A stretch of 61,627 nt of DNA, filler included, from Nemertoderma westbladi (GCA_032718475.1; 3 parts of 3 records of this genome joined end to end with filler, not necessarily neighbours in it), one strand, 5' to 3'. Positions 1-30,744 are shown, counted from the first letter of the whole stretch. Numbers and translations: made by a program. Notes: generated by a model from the letters alone, not told the origin.

Positions 1-8855
<8,855 letters not shown>

Positions 8856-8969
8856 CTACAGGACGAGAGAATGTTGAGTTTGAATTATATATATTTAAAT
8901 AAAATGCAATTACCAATTAAATAATATCATATTACAGCCAAGTTCTCAAACTCTTAGAGAAAAGTTATC

Positions 8970-9823
8970 CATGATACTCTTCAGTGTGAAATTAACTGCA
9001 GATTCAAACATAGAAACAGTTTACAAATATGATTTGTAGTTCTCGCGATGTTTCGGTTCAAACACAACGTTTTTTTGATATTTTACGAGATTTAAGGTAT
9101 ATTTTCCTGCAACGCTTAGAGAAAATTTGACTTGTGATACTTCCTCTAGTGTTCAATTAACCGCAGATTCCAAATACAGTTACCTTTTGTTTTGCAAATC
9201 TTTTGTTCTTATGTAGATATTGGGGTTTAAACACAACGTATTTGACATGAATTGAAAAATGAGTTGAAAAATTAGTTATATAAGAATTAATAGTTAATTA
9301 TTGGTAATGTCAACAACTGAGATATAAACAAAATATTTTAAACATACAGTTATATAACATAATATCAGTTCAGTTAAATACGAAGTTCACATCAGCAATT
9401 AATTAAGCAGCACTAATAATAATTGTCATTCGGTTTTTAACAGTTTTATTAAAATCCCAGACAGTTTAGTAGTTTCCTTTGCGGTTCCAAGATCATAACA
9501 ATAGAGTAGAAACGCGTCCATTGGCAGTGTTTGTGGTAGTAGATGCATTGTTTAGAGCTTCTTCAATGTCGTTTTCTGTCCTAAAAATAATAATAATAAC
9601 CATAAGTTTACATATAGATCGTTTATTAGTACAAACAAATACTAATACTAATATTGTATTAACTGGTATAGTAGAAAGTTGAACTGATTTTAACATTTAT
9701 TACAAGGAACTGCAATAACTTATCAACTTTAAATAGTGTTATTAAAAGAAGCAATCCAGAACACAATGCAAAATATTAGTATATGTAGTGAACTAGAATG
9801 TAATTAATTCAACTGTGCGGTCC
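8970..9823. repeat. Array-associated flank, copy 1 (paralogous to 29891-30744)
   Basis: Aligns by eye from CATGATACTCTTC to CAACTGTGCGGTCC with 29891-30744, with scattered substitutions and small indels. It also has an internal ~163-bp tandem duplication (CTTAGAGAAAA...AATTAACYGCAGATTC at ~8953 and ~9115). Confidence 0.95.
9493..9580 (-). CDS. Possible terminal coding exon of an unidentified gene (TENDIEEALNNASTTTNTANGRVSTLLL*)
   Basis: Minus-strand acceptor TTTTTAG at 9587-9581, open frame to TGA at 9495-9493, AATAAA ~45 nt downstream. The frame is preserved in the paralogue near 30417-30503. No recognisable homology. Confidence 0.25.
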
Positions 9824-10635
9824 AACTCAACCAGGTTTATTTTCATTCCGAAGATGAATTCTCTCCATAGCTGCTCTCCTACTAACACAATGAACCGGCC
9901 CATAGAGATTCATTGACATCGGGAAATTCAAGGGTTCTCATTGGTTGGCCGTCTCCATATCCCAGTTGATTTATTTTTGTTAAATTGTAAAATAAAGATT
10001 TGATGAACAATATTCATATTGTTGTGTATAAAAACATGTGTACCTTTCGTTCTATTAAGCGAAAATTTATGTTTGATAGCTTATTAGAAAGCTACGTTAT
10101 TCAGGATTATTAATATGTAAAAAACTCTTTATAACTCTTTAGGGAAGTTACTCGTTAATGTGATTTTATATAAAATGGCATTACGACCAGAACGCGTTGT
10201 GATTACGTAACTCCGTACGGCCACATTCACTATCAGTTTATGGTGGATAGAAGGCCAATATATCATTTCGATTTGTAATTTTTCTTATGAAGTAAGTTTG
10301 GTGATTGTCTTATATACTTTTTAATGTACTTTCCAATAACAGAGGCACGTTATTCTAACCAAAACAATAAACTAAAGTCAATAGCACACGTTACATATTA
10401 ATATTTATTTCTGTTGCAGCTGGATGAAGTTAAAATATTGGGTTGAGGTATAAAAATTGTATAATATTTTATTAAATAAAACATAATAATTAATTGATAG
10501 TGTTAAACCTTTATTATTTCATACTGAACCCTTGAATATTTAATACAACAACCGTATAAAAATATTTTCCAAAACGCAACTCATTATAATTACCCAAACT
10601 TTAATTTTGTAGGACCGGCCTGTCTACAAGCAATA

Positions 10636-10827
10636 GACCCACTCCCCAGGTATTCTGACCGGATGGCAGAATACCTGCATATACATGTATACTCATAGGA
10701 AAGGTGGCGTTTACTAACGATCACATCGGTGAGTGAGTGAGTGGGTCAGAATACCTGCATATACATGTATACTCATAGGAAAGGTGGCGTTTACTAACGA
10801 TCACATCGGTGAGTGAGTGAGTGGGTC
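10636..10827. repeat. 80-bp perfect tandem duplication with inverted ends (MITE-like)
   Basis: 10667-10746 = 10747-10826. GACCCACTC at 10636 is the reverse complement of GAGTGGGTC ending at 10827. CAGGTATTCTGACC (10647-10660) is inverted at 10744-10757. Confidence 0.75.
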
Positions 10828-11193
10828 GCTGTAACTCTTAAGTAAAAACATCAACACACCATTGCAACGTTGCATTTCATTAGAGAAAAAAACAGTGAAT
10901 GACATTTGTGACGCAACACTTTTTATTAAAACCAAAACCAAATTATATTACAGAATGCACCATACCAGGTAATAACCGTATAATATACATTAATATAATA
11001 CACATCATTAATATTAAATAAGTTGGTATAAAACAAACAAAACTGCAAAATATAAGACCATCTGAAATGATTCTGGTCAGGTAAACCGAACCACCAATTT
11101 ATCAACCTAGAAATCCATTATTTACACCAGTAAGTTTCAAACTCGTTATCGACAGAATGGAAACTTTCTAAAGGGGACAAGATATCCTACATT

Positions 11194-11556
11194 ATAAGGA
11201 CAACATTCTCATATTAATAGGGACAACATTCTCATATTAATAAGGACAACATTATCATATTAATAAGGACAACATTCTCATATTAATAAGGACAACATTC
11301 TCATATTAATAAGGACAACATTCTCATATTAATAAGGACAACATTCTCATATTAATAAGGACAACATTCTCATATTAATAAGGACAACATTCTCATATTA
11401 ATAAGGACAACATTCTCATATTAATAAGGACAACATTCTCATATTAATAAGGACAACATTCTCATATTAATAAGGACAACATTCTCATATTAATAGGGAC
11501 AACATTCTCATATTAATAAGGACAACATTTTCATATTAATAAGGACTACATTATCA
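11194..11556. repeat. 23-bp minisatellite (TAAGGACAACATTCTCATATTAA), about 15-16 copies
   Basis: Near-perfect tandem copies visible directly. Confidence 0.95.
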
Positions 11557-13641
11557 ATTATTATTTCTAATCAACATTTCCTTTGCAAACAATACAAATA
11601 TAAAAAAATAGCATCTTTCAGCAACCAAAAGTAATGCACTGCTATCTATAATCATATCTTCAGAAAAATAATTTGCAATCCTAATCTGTTCAGGTAATAA
11701 TAATAATATTAGACGAATCGACAATATATTGATTCTTAAATAAACAAAAAAAAAACAAAGATAAAAATACAAATGCGATTGATGGCGGTAAAACTATCAG
11801 CTGGAAAGCGAATAAAATGAGAATAAAACATATAGCCGAGGACTTTATATATCAGGATAAAATAAAGTGAGACCTGGGGGGGGGGGGGGATGCAAATGTC
11901 ATGTTGGCGTATTAATGTCACGTATCAGGAGTCGGTTACGGTAGCAAGTTATTCTAACCAAAACAATAAACCAAGTTACAGTTTAATTTTAGAGAATAAC
12001 GAGCTGTTATTTGCGTCAATTAATTATTATATGTTTAAAGGATTCCTTTAATTGTTTGGCTAATATTTATTCGCTGTACCGGTGGGTTACCGGTATATTT
12101 ACTTTAATATCTTTTATTCTAGAACGTAAAGCAAGTAACTAGGCGGTTTAAAATATTATAAACTTTTAACTAAACTATTTTTTGTACTTATACATTGTCG
12201 CACTAATAATGAGAAACATGGCTGACTAACTGTGTGACACAAAACGGGAATATTTATCAACTAAATTAATTATAATAATAGTAAATACCGTAACAACTAA
12301 ATAATAATATTATGAAAATCAAAATAAAATGCTGACTATAATATAGAATCCATTGCAACCGACAATCACTATATAACTGCATTACAAGCCGCACCAACAC
12401 TTATATTTATTAACAATAATTATATTAATAGATTCTACTAAACTCTCATACAATCCATCACATAAAATATTCTAGAACTCCAACAATTCGAGGAGATACA
12501 TTACAATTTAATTACCAAATAAATAAGTTGGCTTATAATTAATTACCAGCAATAATTACCTGGGATACAGATATGAACAGCTATAAAGTAATTCCCCATT
12601 CCAAATATTACAATTTTATTTAGCAAATCTATATAATTATTAATTACGGCATAATTAATTATAAAACCTTTTCAAAAAAAATTAAATTCACTCTAAACAT
12701 TCCTATCCTATTACAATCTATATAAAATAGCACAATTAAATCATTACACTATCATGATAATTTCCATAAACTAAATATTTGCCATAATGAATAATATTCT
12801 ACCACAAAGATATTTTATTAACTATAATATTTATATAACTATAACGTAATACTCGTACGTACATAAAGAACATTAATAAACTATATTAAATATAATAAGG
12901 ATATCTATTCATTTAGAGCGACTCGAGAGTAAATTAAAAGAAATAAAGTTGGCGCATGCTTGAATCTATAAGGAAATATAGAGAACTTTATAGCCGAAAG
13001 TGGAACGATATGGGGGAAAAGTATAGAGATTATATTACTTCTTAACTGAAGCAGCAATAAAACCGAACCAAACTATCAAACTCCACAAAAGGTTAATCCA
13101 CAATACATCGAATTCCAAATAATTAAAAGTTCAAAAAGTAAATATTAGAGACAAGAACTTCGAATAGGATAAGTCGAGTTAGACAGACTTGCAGCTGCAT
13201 TCAGCACTATATAGTGGCAAACCTTAGGACTTCTCCAACAGAACTAATTAATTGGACTAATTGTACCACTGCCGGGCGCACTGGGGGCAGGAATGGTTTC
13301 CAAGGGAACAGCTGTGGCAGAACGGCGTGTGATGATGACAGGGTAGTTAACTTAGTCATCACTAACTTAGTAAGAATGAACTTCTAGAACACGTCTTGAG
13401 TATTCTCCATTGTTGGTGTCCTCTCGAGACAGTCGTTCCAAATCCCTTTAATCCCAAGACTCGTGGTCTCCCGCTAAGCGGCGCTGATAAACCTCTCCAT
13501 CGGTTAGAACTCAGTCTGTGGGTTTCTTGAACAGCCGGCCGCGGTTCCTCTTGAGTAAATCTGAGTAAATGAATTTAAATAATAAGTTAATTAATAAGTT
13601 AAGCCTTCTTATAGTAAGTCTAGCTACGTAGTAATTATATA

Positions 13642-16600
13642 CCGTAAAATGGGGTTACTTGACACCACTTCGCCACTTACTGTTTCGACCTTTTAAGTTT
13701 CTCATATACTACTCCATGATAATTCATCAATTTTAGAACAATCAGATACCATATTTTCATGTCATATCAGCTTATCCTTCAGATAATTGAAGGATAAGCT
13801 GATTTTTTTAAAAAAACTCCACTGGCCCAAGTTGCCACGTGATGGGGAAACTTGGGCCACTAGTATAATTATATGGTATATTCAAGTTAATTGCTCATAT
13901 ATGTTAGATCAAGGGATCAAATAACCTTTGTTGGGGCAACATGGGCCATTTTCATGGTTTTAAAAAACCACCCTGATCCACCAGACATGGATCAGGGCAA
14001 TTTGCATAAGATATATTGGTTATAATACTGTAATATAGCACAAAGCTCCGACCAAAATGGTCACTAATATATACAAATATACATACATTAGACATATAAA
14101 TTGCATAACAAATTGTGGTGCTACAGCTTTTATGTTGTAAGTCCTCTCCTATACCTTTCATACAACAAATCATAGAGTTCATTCGTCACATAGTTGTATC
14201 AGTTCCGGGGGTATTAAAAATCCCTCATACTCATACTCCGTTTCTGAACTCTCCATAGCAGCTTCTGTTCCTGAACTCTCAACAGCAGCCTCTGTTTCTG
14301 AGTCAGCCCATCCAGGTGTTTCTAAGTTATCCCATCCCAATGATTCTGAATCAACCCCTCCTCTTTCTGAGTCAACCCATCCTGCTGTTGCTGAGTTAAC
14401 CCATCCAGGTGTTTCTGTGTCGGTCCATCGCGCTGTTTCTGAGTCAACACATCCAGATGTTTCTGTATCAGACCATCCGCTTTCACCTCCTGATGAAGTC
14501 TCGGATACTGAAGGTGATGGTGTTGGTGTCCGTTTTCTCCTTCTATTTGGTGTCTTCTTCTTCCGCACCCCTCTCTGCACCAGTGCTTGTTTATTCTTTT
14601 TTTTGTTTTCACGATCCCGTTTTCTCTCTTCTGCTTTGCGTTTCTTCTCCTGATCTTGCTGAATAAGTTCCTCCATGTGTTGTTCAACATCCTTCGCACT
14701 AACAGATTGACCTGCCACGATCTTCATCTTTTTGCCTCTCTTAGAACTATTACGCACATTGTCACCAGCAACTACATCAACTTCTTCCCGACCTGTAACA
14801 TGTTTTAACAAGGTTATTAATGCTTGGTCCACTTCAATACCAGAGTTAGAATTAGAAGTATCATCACCATTCCGTGTTGTTTCAGCTGGTAACTTGTCAA
14901 TTACTTTCTGGCGATCAATTGGATGCAGACCAGTCTTTGCAAAGCCAGCAATCAGGGCTAGATTTGCGGATTGGGTGTCAGTCACAGCTGATATTAGTTG
15001 CCGAAGCAAGATGGGAAAGGTACTCTTTGGTATTGACTCAATCTTTGGATTTTTTTGCTTAAACAATTGCAATATCGTTCTCCAACGTCGCTTAAATGGT
15101 GCAAAGAATGCTACATCGAGAGGCTGTGTCTTATCTGTTGTATTAGGTGGAAGACAAATAAACTTGATATTGTGCTTCTCACACAGTCGTAGGACATTCA
15201 GCGATAGATGCGTTGACAGATTATCGCCAACAACAACTTTTGTGCAATCTGGGGGTTTACTTTTAATCACTGGTAGAAGTAATGTGGAGAACCAGTTTTC
15301 AAATCCAGCTGTTTCAAACCATCCCGATTTTGAGCACGAATATCGCGTACCAGGTGGTCCACCTAATGTCCATGATGTATAAACTGACAAGGCTTTGTAT
15401 ACCACGAAAGGTGGCAACAATTCACCAGCTGCAGAGCCACACATCATTATACTTGTTGATGACTTTGAATGATTAATTACGCGTTCTGGGTACTTGGTCC
15501 CGCGTTTCATTAATACTTTCTTTTGTCCCGGATTGTCAGACAAATTCGTTTCGTCATAGTTAAAAATGCAATCGGGCTGTATGCTATCTGCCTCCTTTGA
15601 GTAGCGGTCAAAGAAATCATTGATGATAGTGGCATCTACTTGGGCCCTTTTACGTTTTATATTGCCAGCTAAACGTTGGGTCAGGCAGCTATGACGACGA
15701 ATAAATGAATATACAAATTCATTGCTAGGCAAGTTCTCTTTAAATATTTTGATGGAAACCCCTTTTTGATCTAAGATGTTTTTCACAAGAACGCGAAGGT
15801 CAAAGGCATCTACAGGAAATCCCCAATCGCACATTAATTGAATTCTGTTAATAATAATCTTCTCCTGTTCCAGTGATAACACTGTTGGACGTCCAGGTGG
15901 ATTTGGTTCACGCTTCTTCATGCGTCGTTGAAGAGTTGATCTCGGAACATTATATTTAGAGGCAACATCTCTTTGACTCATACCATTCTCTAAGGCAGAA
16001 ATGGCCTTTTGTAGAGTTTCTTCAGTAAAATCTAGGTATTTCCTAGACCCTAATCGTCGTTTATGTATTCTTGGCATTGTTCCATATAACAGTACAATAA
16101 AATACAGAAAATTAGCAAGACATGTAACTAGACTTTAAACCTATTATACTAGGCAGCTAGGCCTACCTCAAACCACAGCTGTCTGAATGTCCTGCGCCAC
16201 AGGGCTTGTAACAGTGTAAGTGAAGTAGAGAAATACAGTAGGCCTATAATAAGATATACTACAGTACAGTAGTATAAGAAATGTAATTGTAATACTAGTA
16301 GTGGCCCTCCCGCCAAGCAGTCAAACTGGCCCAAGTTGCCCCAATTTTCAACTTATTGAAGACCCCGTCACAAAAATTAAAATATTGTTTTTCAGATTTG
16401 TTACAACCAGAAATGTTTAATAATTACAACATATATATTAGTGTAGTACATATATCATGCAATGACATTTCATAATTGCCCATAGGAAACATAAATATGA
16501 TACCCATTTTGAACAGTCATGTAATTCTACTTATTCGAACATGAATTAAGCTGGGATATTTTCCAACATAAATGCACATCTAATGGAACTGTAAACTTAA

Positions 16601-16746
16601 CATCAGATTCGTAAACTCTAAAAGTTGTTTAAAATGTGGCAATATGATATTCCAAAGTTTATTTTACCTACGAATTAAATATTTAAAGTGGTTCTGTACA
16701 CAATGGCCCAAGTTGACCCCATGGCCCAAGTAACCCCAGATTACGG
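13642..16746 (-). mobile_element. Full-length pogo-superfamily (Fot-like/Passer-type DD35D) DNA transposon, 3105 bp
   Basis: TIRs CCGTAAAATGGGGTTACTTG (13642) and CCGTAATCTGGGGTTACTTG (reverse complement, ending 16746). TA target duplication at 13640-41 and 16747-48. Subterminal TGGCCCAAGT motifs. Intact transposase ORF. Confidence 0.93.
14179..16077 (-). CDS. Transposase: N-terminal pipsqueak-type HTH plus CENP-B-like HTH, DDE_1 catalytic domain, basic NLS-like region, acidic repeat tail (632 aa)
   Basis: MSQRDVASKYNVPRSTLQRR HTH, GRPT linker. Catalytic FNYDET, GDNLSTH and QPLD with 35 residues between the last two Asp (DD35D). Confidence 0.92.
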   Translation of the reverse strand: MPRIHKRRLGSRKYLDFTEETLQKAISALENGMSQRDVASKYNVPRSTLQRRMKKREPNPPGRPTVLSLEQEKIIINRIQLMCDWGFPVDAFDLRVLVKNILDQKGVSIKIFKENLPSNEFVYSFIRRHSCLTQRLAGNIKRKRAQVDATIINDFFDRYSKEADSIQPDCIFNYDETNLSDNPGQKKVLMKRGTKYPERVINHSKSSTSIMMCGSAAGELLPPFVVYKALSVYTSWTLGGPPGTRYSCSKSGWFETAGFENWFSTLLLPVIKSKPPDCTKVVVGDNLSTHLSLNVLRLCEKHNIKFICLPPNTTDKTQPLDVAFFAPFKRRWRTILQLFKQKNPKIESIPKSTFPILLRQLISAVTDTQSANLALIAGFAKTGLHPIDRQKVIDKLPAETTRNGDDTSNSNSGIEVDQALITLLKHVTGREEVDVVAGDNVRNSSKRGKKMKIVAGQSVSAKDVEQHMEELIQQDQEKKRKAEERKRDRENKKKNKQALVQRGVRKKKTPNRRRKRTPTPSPSVSETSSGGESGWSDTETSGCVDSETARWTDTETPGWVNSATAGWVDSERGGVDSESLGWDNLETPGWADSETEAAVESSGTEAAMESSETEYEYEGFLIPPELIQLCDE

Positions 16747-18070
16747 TACGGGATTATAATAAATAAATTACCTTTCTTGTAATCGTCCTTGGTCCCGAAA
16801 CACTTTAATATATTCGATTGTGCACGGCCATTAATTATTGTAATCCGACGTAACAACTACCTACGGTAAGTAACACATAAGTATTGTTATTGAATGAAAT
16901 GACTGACGGCCGCTGCCTTTGTATAAATAAAGCCCACTGAATGTAAACTGAAACAAGTAGGCTACGGTCGCGTAGGCCTGATAGAGATGATTTGCGTACA
17001 ACTGTCTGGCCATGCCAATGAACTGTGTCTTTGATTTATACAGCGGTCAGCCTATAATATCAATGCAATAATATTAGATGGCTAGAGAGGCAACATCACA
17101 ATGCCTGAAGCAGTCACATAAGGTGAAGTACAGAACTCATTAGCATAAGTTAATGAGAAGAGAGATTGTATATTGAAATGAATGGACGCCATCTTGAATG
17201 GATTTGTTGAGTGAAAACACAGGAATGTGACGTTGGTATGGGCTTATTTTAGGATCTCGTGAAAAAGTAAATATACCACGAGACTCGCCATGTTGCATTC
17301 CATAAGATGTATATATTTTGAATATAATTTTTGATAGTATTATAGGAGTTTTTGCATAAAAACTAGCTTAAAACACGATATTTTTTTGGAAAAAGCCGTG
17401 TTTAGCAATAAGAGTTGGTTGGGATGTCAACAAAGCTTCTGATTCGCTGTTTCTGTGGAGACAAAGGGAAAATAGCTTCAACCATTATAGATTTAACATT
17501 AAGTGAAGCGGAATAATGGTTGGTCTTTTTCACAGAATTTTCGCCTGTACATTATTTGGAAAAGTTGAGGGTTTGATGGCGGGAAAGTGACAGATTCGGG
17601 AACTAGATTGAATTTTGCTTACAACTTTTTTTTTTTAGCTACTCTTGAGAATGATGTTTTCTATGTTTAATTTGAATTTTAAATACTAACTTTCTCCCCA
17701 CCATAGAAGTAATGGTAGCGTTTGAACGAATCAGAGATCTTCATGGCTAAGTTTCATGACTGAGCGTGGCTTATAAACCAGTAAATTATTCTGAAAATAA
17801 TGAAAACTTTGGCGGCCTGTAACTTTGGATCACGTGGATGAAATTGGCTGATTTTAAGTTTATTGGAATGAGCATAATTTTATCTTTCTATTCATACAAG
17901 GTACTAATTAAAACGATCAAGAATAACCTTATTTGAAATTATAGTTATAATAACATAGTTGATACAATGGATCAAGGGGGGCAGGGGTATGTATGATAAG
18001 TAAGTGTTATAGGCCTATGCATTGCGGCTAAATGCCATGGTATCATTATGTAAATAAATGCTTGTGAAAT

Positions 18071-19575
18071 GATACTGGTATCGGTATCGGTAAATTGATA
18101 TCAGTATCAGTATTGGAATCGATATTGGTTATTGCTATCGATATTGGTTATTGGTATCGATATTGGTTATTGCTATCGATATTGGTTATTGGTATCAGTA
18201 TTGGTATCGATATTGGTTATTGGTATTGGTATCGATATTGGTTATTGGTATCGATATTAGTTATTGCTATCGATATTGGTTATTGGTATCAGTATTGGTA
18301 TCGATATTGGTTATTGGTATTGGTATCGATATTGGTTATTGCTATCGATATTGGTTATTGGTATCGATATTGGTTATTGCTATCGATATTGGTTATTGCT
18401 ATCGATATTGGTTATTGCTATCGATATTGGTTATTGGTATTGGTATCAGTATTGGTATCGATATTGGTTATTGGTATCAGTATTGGTATCTTTATTGGTT
18501 ATTGGTATCGATATTGATTATTGGTATCGATATTGGTTATTGCTATCGATATTGGTTATTGCTATCGATATTGGTTATTGGTATCAGTATTGGTATCGAT
18601 ATCAATATTGTTATTGGTATTGGTATCGATATTGGTTATTGCTATCGATATTGGTTATTGCTATCGATATTGGTTATTGCTATCGATATTGGTTATTGGT
18701 ATCGATATTGGTTATTGGTATTCGTATCGCTTTAGGTTATTGGTATCGATATTGGTTATTGGTATCGATATTGGTTATTGGTTTCAATATTGGTTATTGG
18801 TATCAATATTGGTATCAGTATTGGTATCAATATTTTTATCAGTATTGGTATCAGTATTGGTATCAGTATTGGTATCGATATTGGTAACGATATTGGTTAT
18901 TGACATTGATTATTGTATTGATATTGGATATTGGTATCGATATTGGTTATTTATGTTGGTATCGATATTGGTTATTGGTATCGATATTGGTTATTGATGT
19001 TGGTATCGATATTGGTTATTGGTTATTGACATTGATTATTGTATTGATATTGGTTATTGGTATCAATATTGGTATCGATATTGGTGTCGATATTGGTTAT
19101 TGCTATCGATATTGGTATCGATATTGGTATCGATATTGGTTATTGACATTGATTATTGTATTGATATTGGTTATTGGTATCAGTATTGGTATCAGTATTG
19201 GTATCAATATTGGTATCGATATTGGTATCGATATTGGTTATTGACATTGATTATTGTATTGATATTGGTATTGATATTGGTATTGATTATTGATTATTGA
19301 TTATTGATATCGATATTGGTTATTGGTATCAGTATTGGTATCAGTATTGGTATCAATATTGGTATCGATATTGGTATCGATATTGGTTATTGACATTGAT
19401 TATTGTATTGATATTGGTTATTGGTATCGATATTGGTTATTGATGTTGGTATCGATATTGGTTATTGATAATGGTATTGATATTGGTTATTGGTATCTTT
19501 ATTGGTTATTGGTATCGATATTGATTATTGGTATCGAAATTGGTTATTGTTTTCAATATCGATATCATATTGTTA
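18071..19575. repeat. Degenerate satellite zone of 12- and 19-bp units (GATATTGGTATC; GATATTGGTTATTG[G/C]TATC)
   Basis: Visible units; grades into the pure GGTATC tract. Confidence 0.9.
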
Positions 19576-21005
19576 TATCGGTATCGGTATCGGTATCGGT
19601 ATCGGTATCGGTATCGGTATCGGTATCGGTATCGGTATCGGTATCGGTATCGGTATCGGTATCGGTATCGGTATCGGTATCGGTATCGGTATCGGTATCG
19701 GTATCGGTATCGGTATCGGTATCGGTATCGGTATCGGTATCGGTATCGGTATCGGTATCGGTATCGGTATCGGTATCGGTATCGGTATCGGTATCGGTAT
19801 CGGTATCGGTATCGGTATCGGTATCGGTATCGGTATCGGTATCGGTATCGGTATCGGTATCGGTATCGGTATCGGTATCGGTATCGGTATCGGTATCGGT
19901 ATCGGTATCGGTATCGGTATCGGTATCGGTATCGGTATCGGTATCGGTATCGGTATCGGTATCGGTATCGGTATCGGTATCGGTATCGGTATCGGTATCG
20001 GTATCGGTATCGGTATCGGTATCGGTATCGGTATCGGTATCGGTATCGGTATCGGTATCGGTATCGGTATCGGTATCGGTATCGGTATCGGTATCGGTAT
20101 CGGTATCGGTATCGGTATCGGTATCGGTATCGGTATCGGTATCGGTATCGGTATCGGTATCGGTATCGGTATCGGTATCGGTATCGGTATCGGTATCGGT
20201 ATCGGTATCGGTATCGGTATCGGTATCGGTATCGGTATCGGTATCGGTATCGGTATCGGTATCGGTATCGGTATCGGTATCGGTATCGGTATCGGTATCG
20301 GTATCGGTATCGGTATCGGTATCGGTATCGGTATCGGTATCGGTATCGGTATCGGTATCGGTATCGGTATCGGTATCGGTATCGGTATCGGTATCGGTAT
20401 CGGTATCGGTATCGGTATCGGTATCGGTATCGGTATCGGTATCGGTATCGGTATCGGTATCGGTATCGGTATCGGTATCGGTATCGGTATCGGTATCGGT
20501 ATCGGTATCGGTATCGGTATCGGTATCGGTATCGGTATCGGTATCGGTATCGGTATCGGTATCGGTATCGGTATCGGTATCGGTATCGGTATCGGTATCG
20601 GTATCGGTATCGGTATCGGTATCGGTATCGGTATCGGTATCGGTATCGGTATCGGTATCGGTATCGGTATCGGTATCGGTATCGGTATCGGTATCGGTAT
20701 CGGTATCGGTATCGGTATCGGTATCGGTATCGGTATCGGTATCGGTATCGGTATCGGTATCGGTATCGGTATCGGTATCGGTATCGGTATCGGTATCGGT
20801 ATCGGTATCGGTATCGGTATCGGTATCGGTATCGGTATCGGTATCGGTATCGGTATCGGTATCGGTATCGGTATCGGTATCGGTATCGGTATCGGTATCG
20901 GTATCGGTATCGGTATCGGTATCGGTATCGGTATCGGTATCGGTATCGGTATCGGTATCGGTATCGGTATCGGTATCGGTATCGGTATCGGTATCGGTAT
21001 CGGTA
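19576..21005. repeat. Perfect (GGTATC)n microsatellite, ~238 copies
   Basis: No variant unit seen over ~1430 bp. Confidence 0.95.
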
Positions 21006-29890
<8,885 letters not shown>

Positions 29891-30744
29891 CATGATACTC
29901 TTCTACTGTGAAATTAACTGCAGATTCAAAATAATATGGAAACAGTTTACAAATATGATTTGTAGTTCTCGCAATGTTTCGGTTCAATCACAACGTTTTG
30001 TTGAAATTTTACGTGATTTAAGGTATATCTTCCTGCAACACTTAGAGAAAATTTGACTTGTGATACTTCTTCTAGTGTTAAATTAACCGCAGATTCCAAA
30101 TACAGAAACCGTTTTTACATACCTTTTGTTCTTATAGAGATATTGGGGTTTAAACACAACGTATTTGACATGAATTGAAAAATGATTTGAAAAATTAGTT
30201 ATATGTGAATTAATTAATAATTATTTGTAATGTCAACAACTGAGATATAAACAAAATATTTTAAACATACAATTATATAACATAATATCAGTTCAGTTAA
30301 ATACGAAGTTCACATCAGCAATTAATTAAGCAGCACAAATAATAATTGTCATTCGGTTTTTAACAGTTTTATTAAAATCCCAGACAGTTTAGTAGTTTCC
30401 TTTGCGGTTCCAAGATCATATCAATAGAGTAGAAACGCGTCCATTGGCAGTGTTTGTGGTAGTAGATGCATTGTTTAGAGCTTCTTCAATGTCGTTGTCT
30501 GTCCTAAAAATAAAAATAATAACCATAAGTTTACATAGATCGTTTATTAGTACAAACAAATACTAATACTAATATTGTATTAACTGGTATAGTAGAAAGT
30601 TGAACTGATTTTAACATTTATTACAAGGAAGTGCAATAACTTATCAACTTTAAATAGTGTTATTAAAAGAAGCAATCCAGAACACAATGCAAAATATTAG
30701 TATATGTAGTGAACTAGAATGTAATTAATTCAACTGTGCGGTCC
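29891..30744. repeat. Array-associated flank, copy 2 (truncated by contig end)
   Basis: Paralogous to 8970-9823. Confidence 0.95.

Noticed and set aside
12190-13200. Degenerate APE endonuclease traces (IVAL..ETWLT near 12195-12226)
   Set aside because: Too decayed to support; only a short motif across a frameshift.
13230-13560. Stop codons readable as Gln/Arg, suggesting an alternative genetic code or RIP-like mutation
   Set aside because: Every stop codon is one C-to-T change from CAA/CAG/CGA, so this is no evidence; real genes in the window use the standard code.
13952-14182. Cys/His-rich ORF after the transposase as a frameshifted PHD finger
   Set aside because: Ligand spacing does not fit a PHD pattern convincingly.
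14417-15382. Antisense ORFs over the transposase (likewise over the RTE, CR1 and TOPORS coding regions)
   Set aside because: Shadow ORFs of real coding sequence with no motifs of their own.
19576-21005. (GGTATC)n as a telomere
   Set aside because: Internal to a contig, flanked by related satellite, and not a repeat I recognise as an animal telomere motif.
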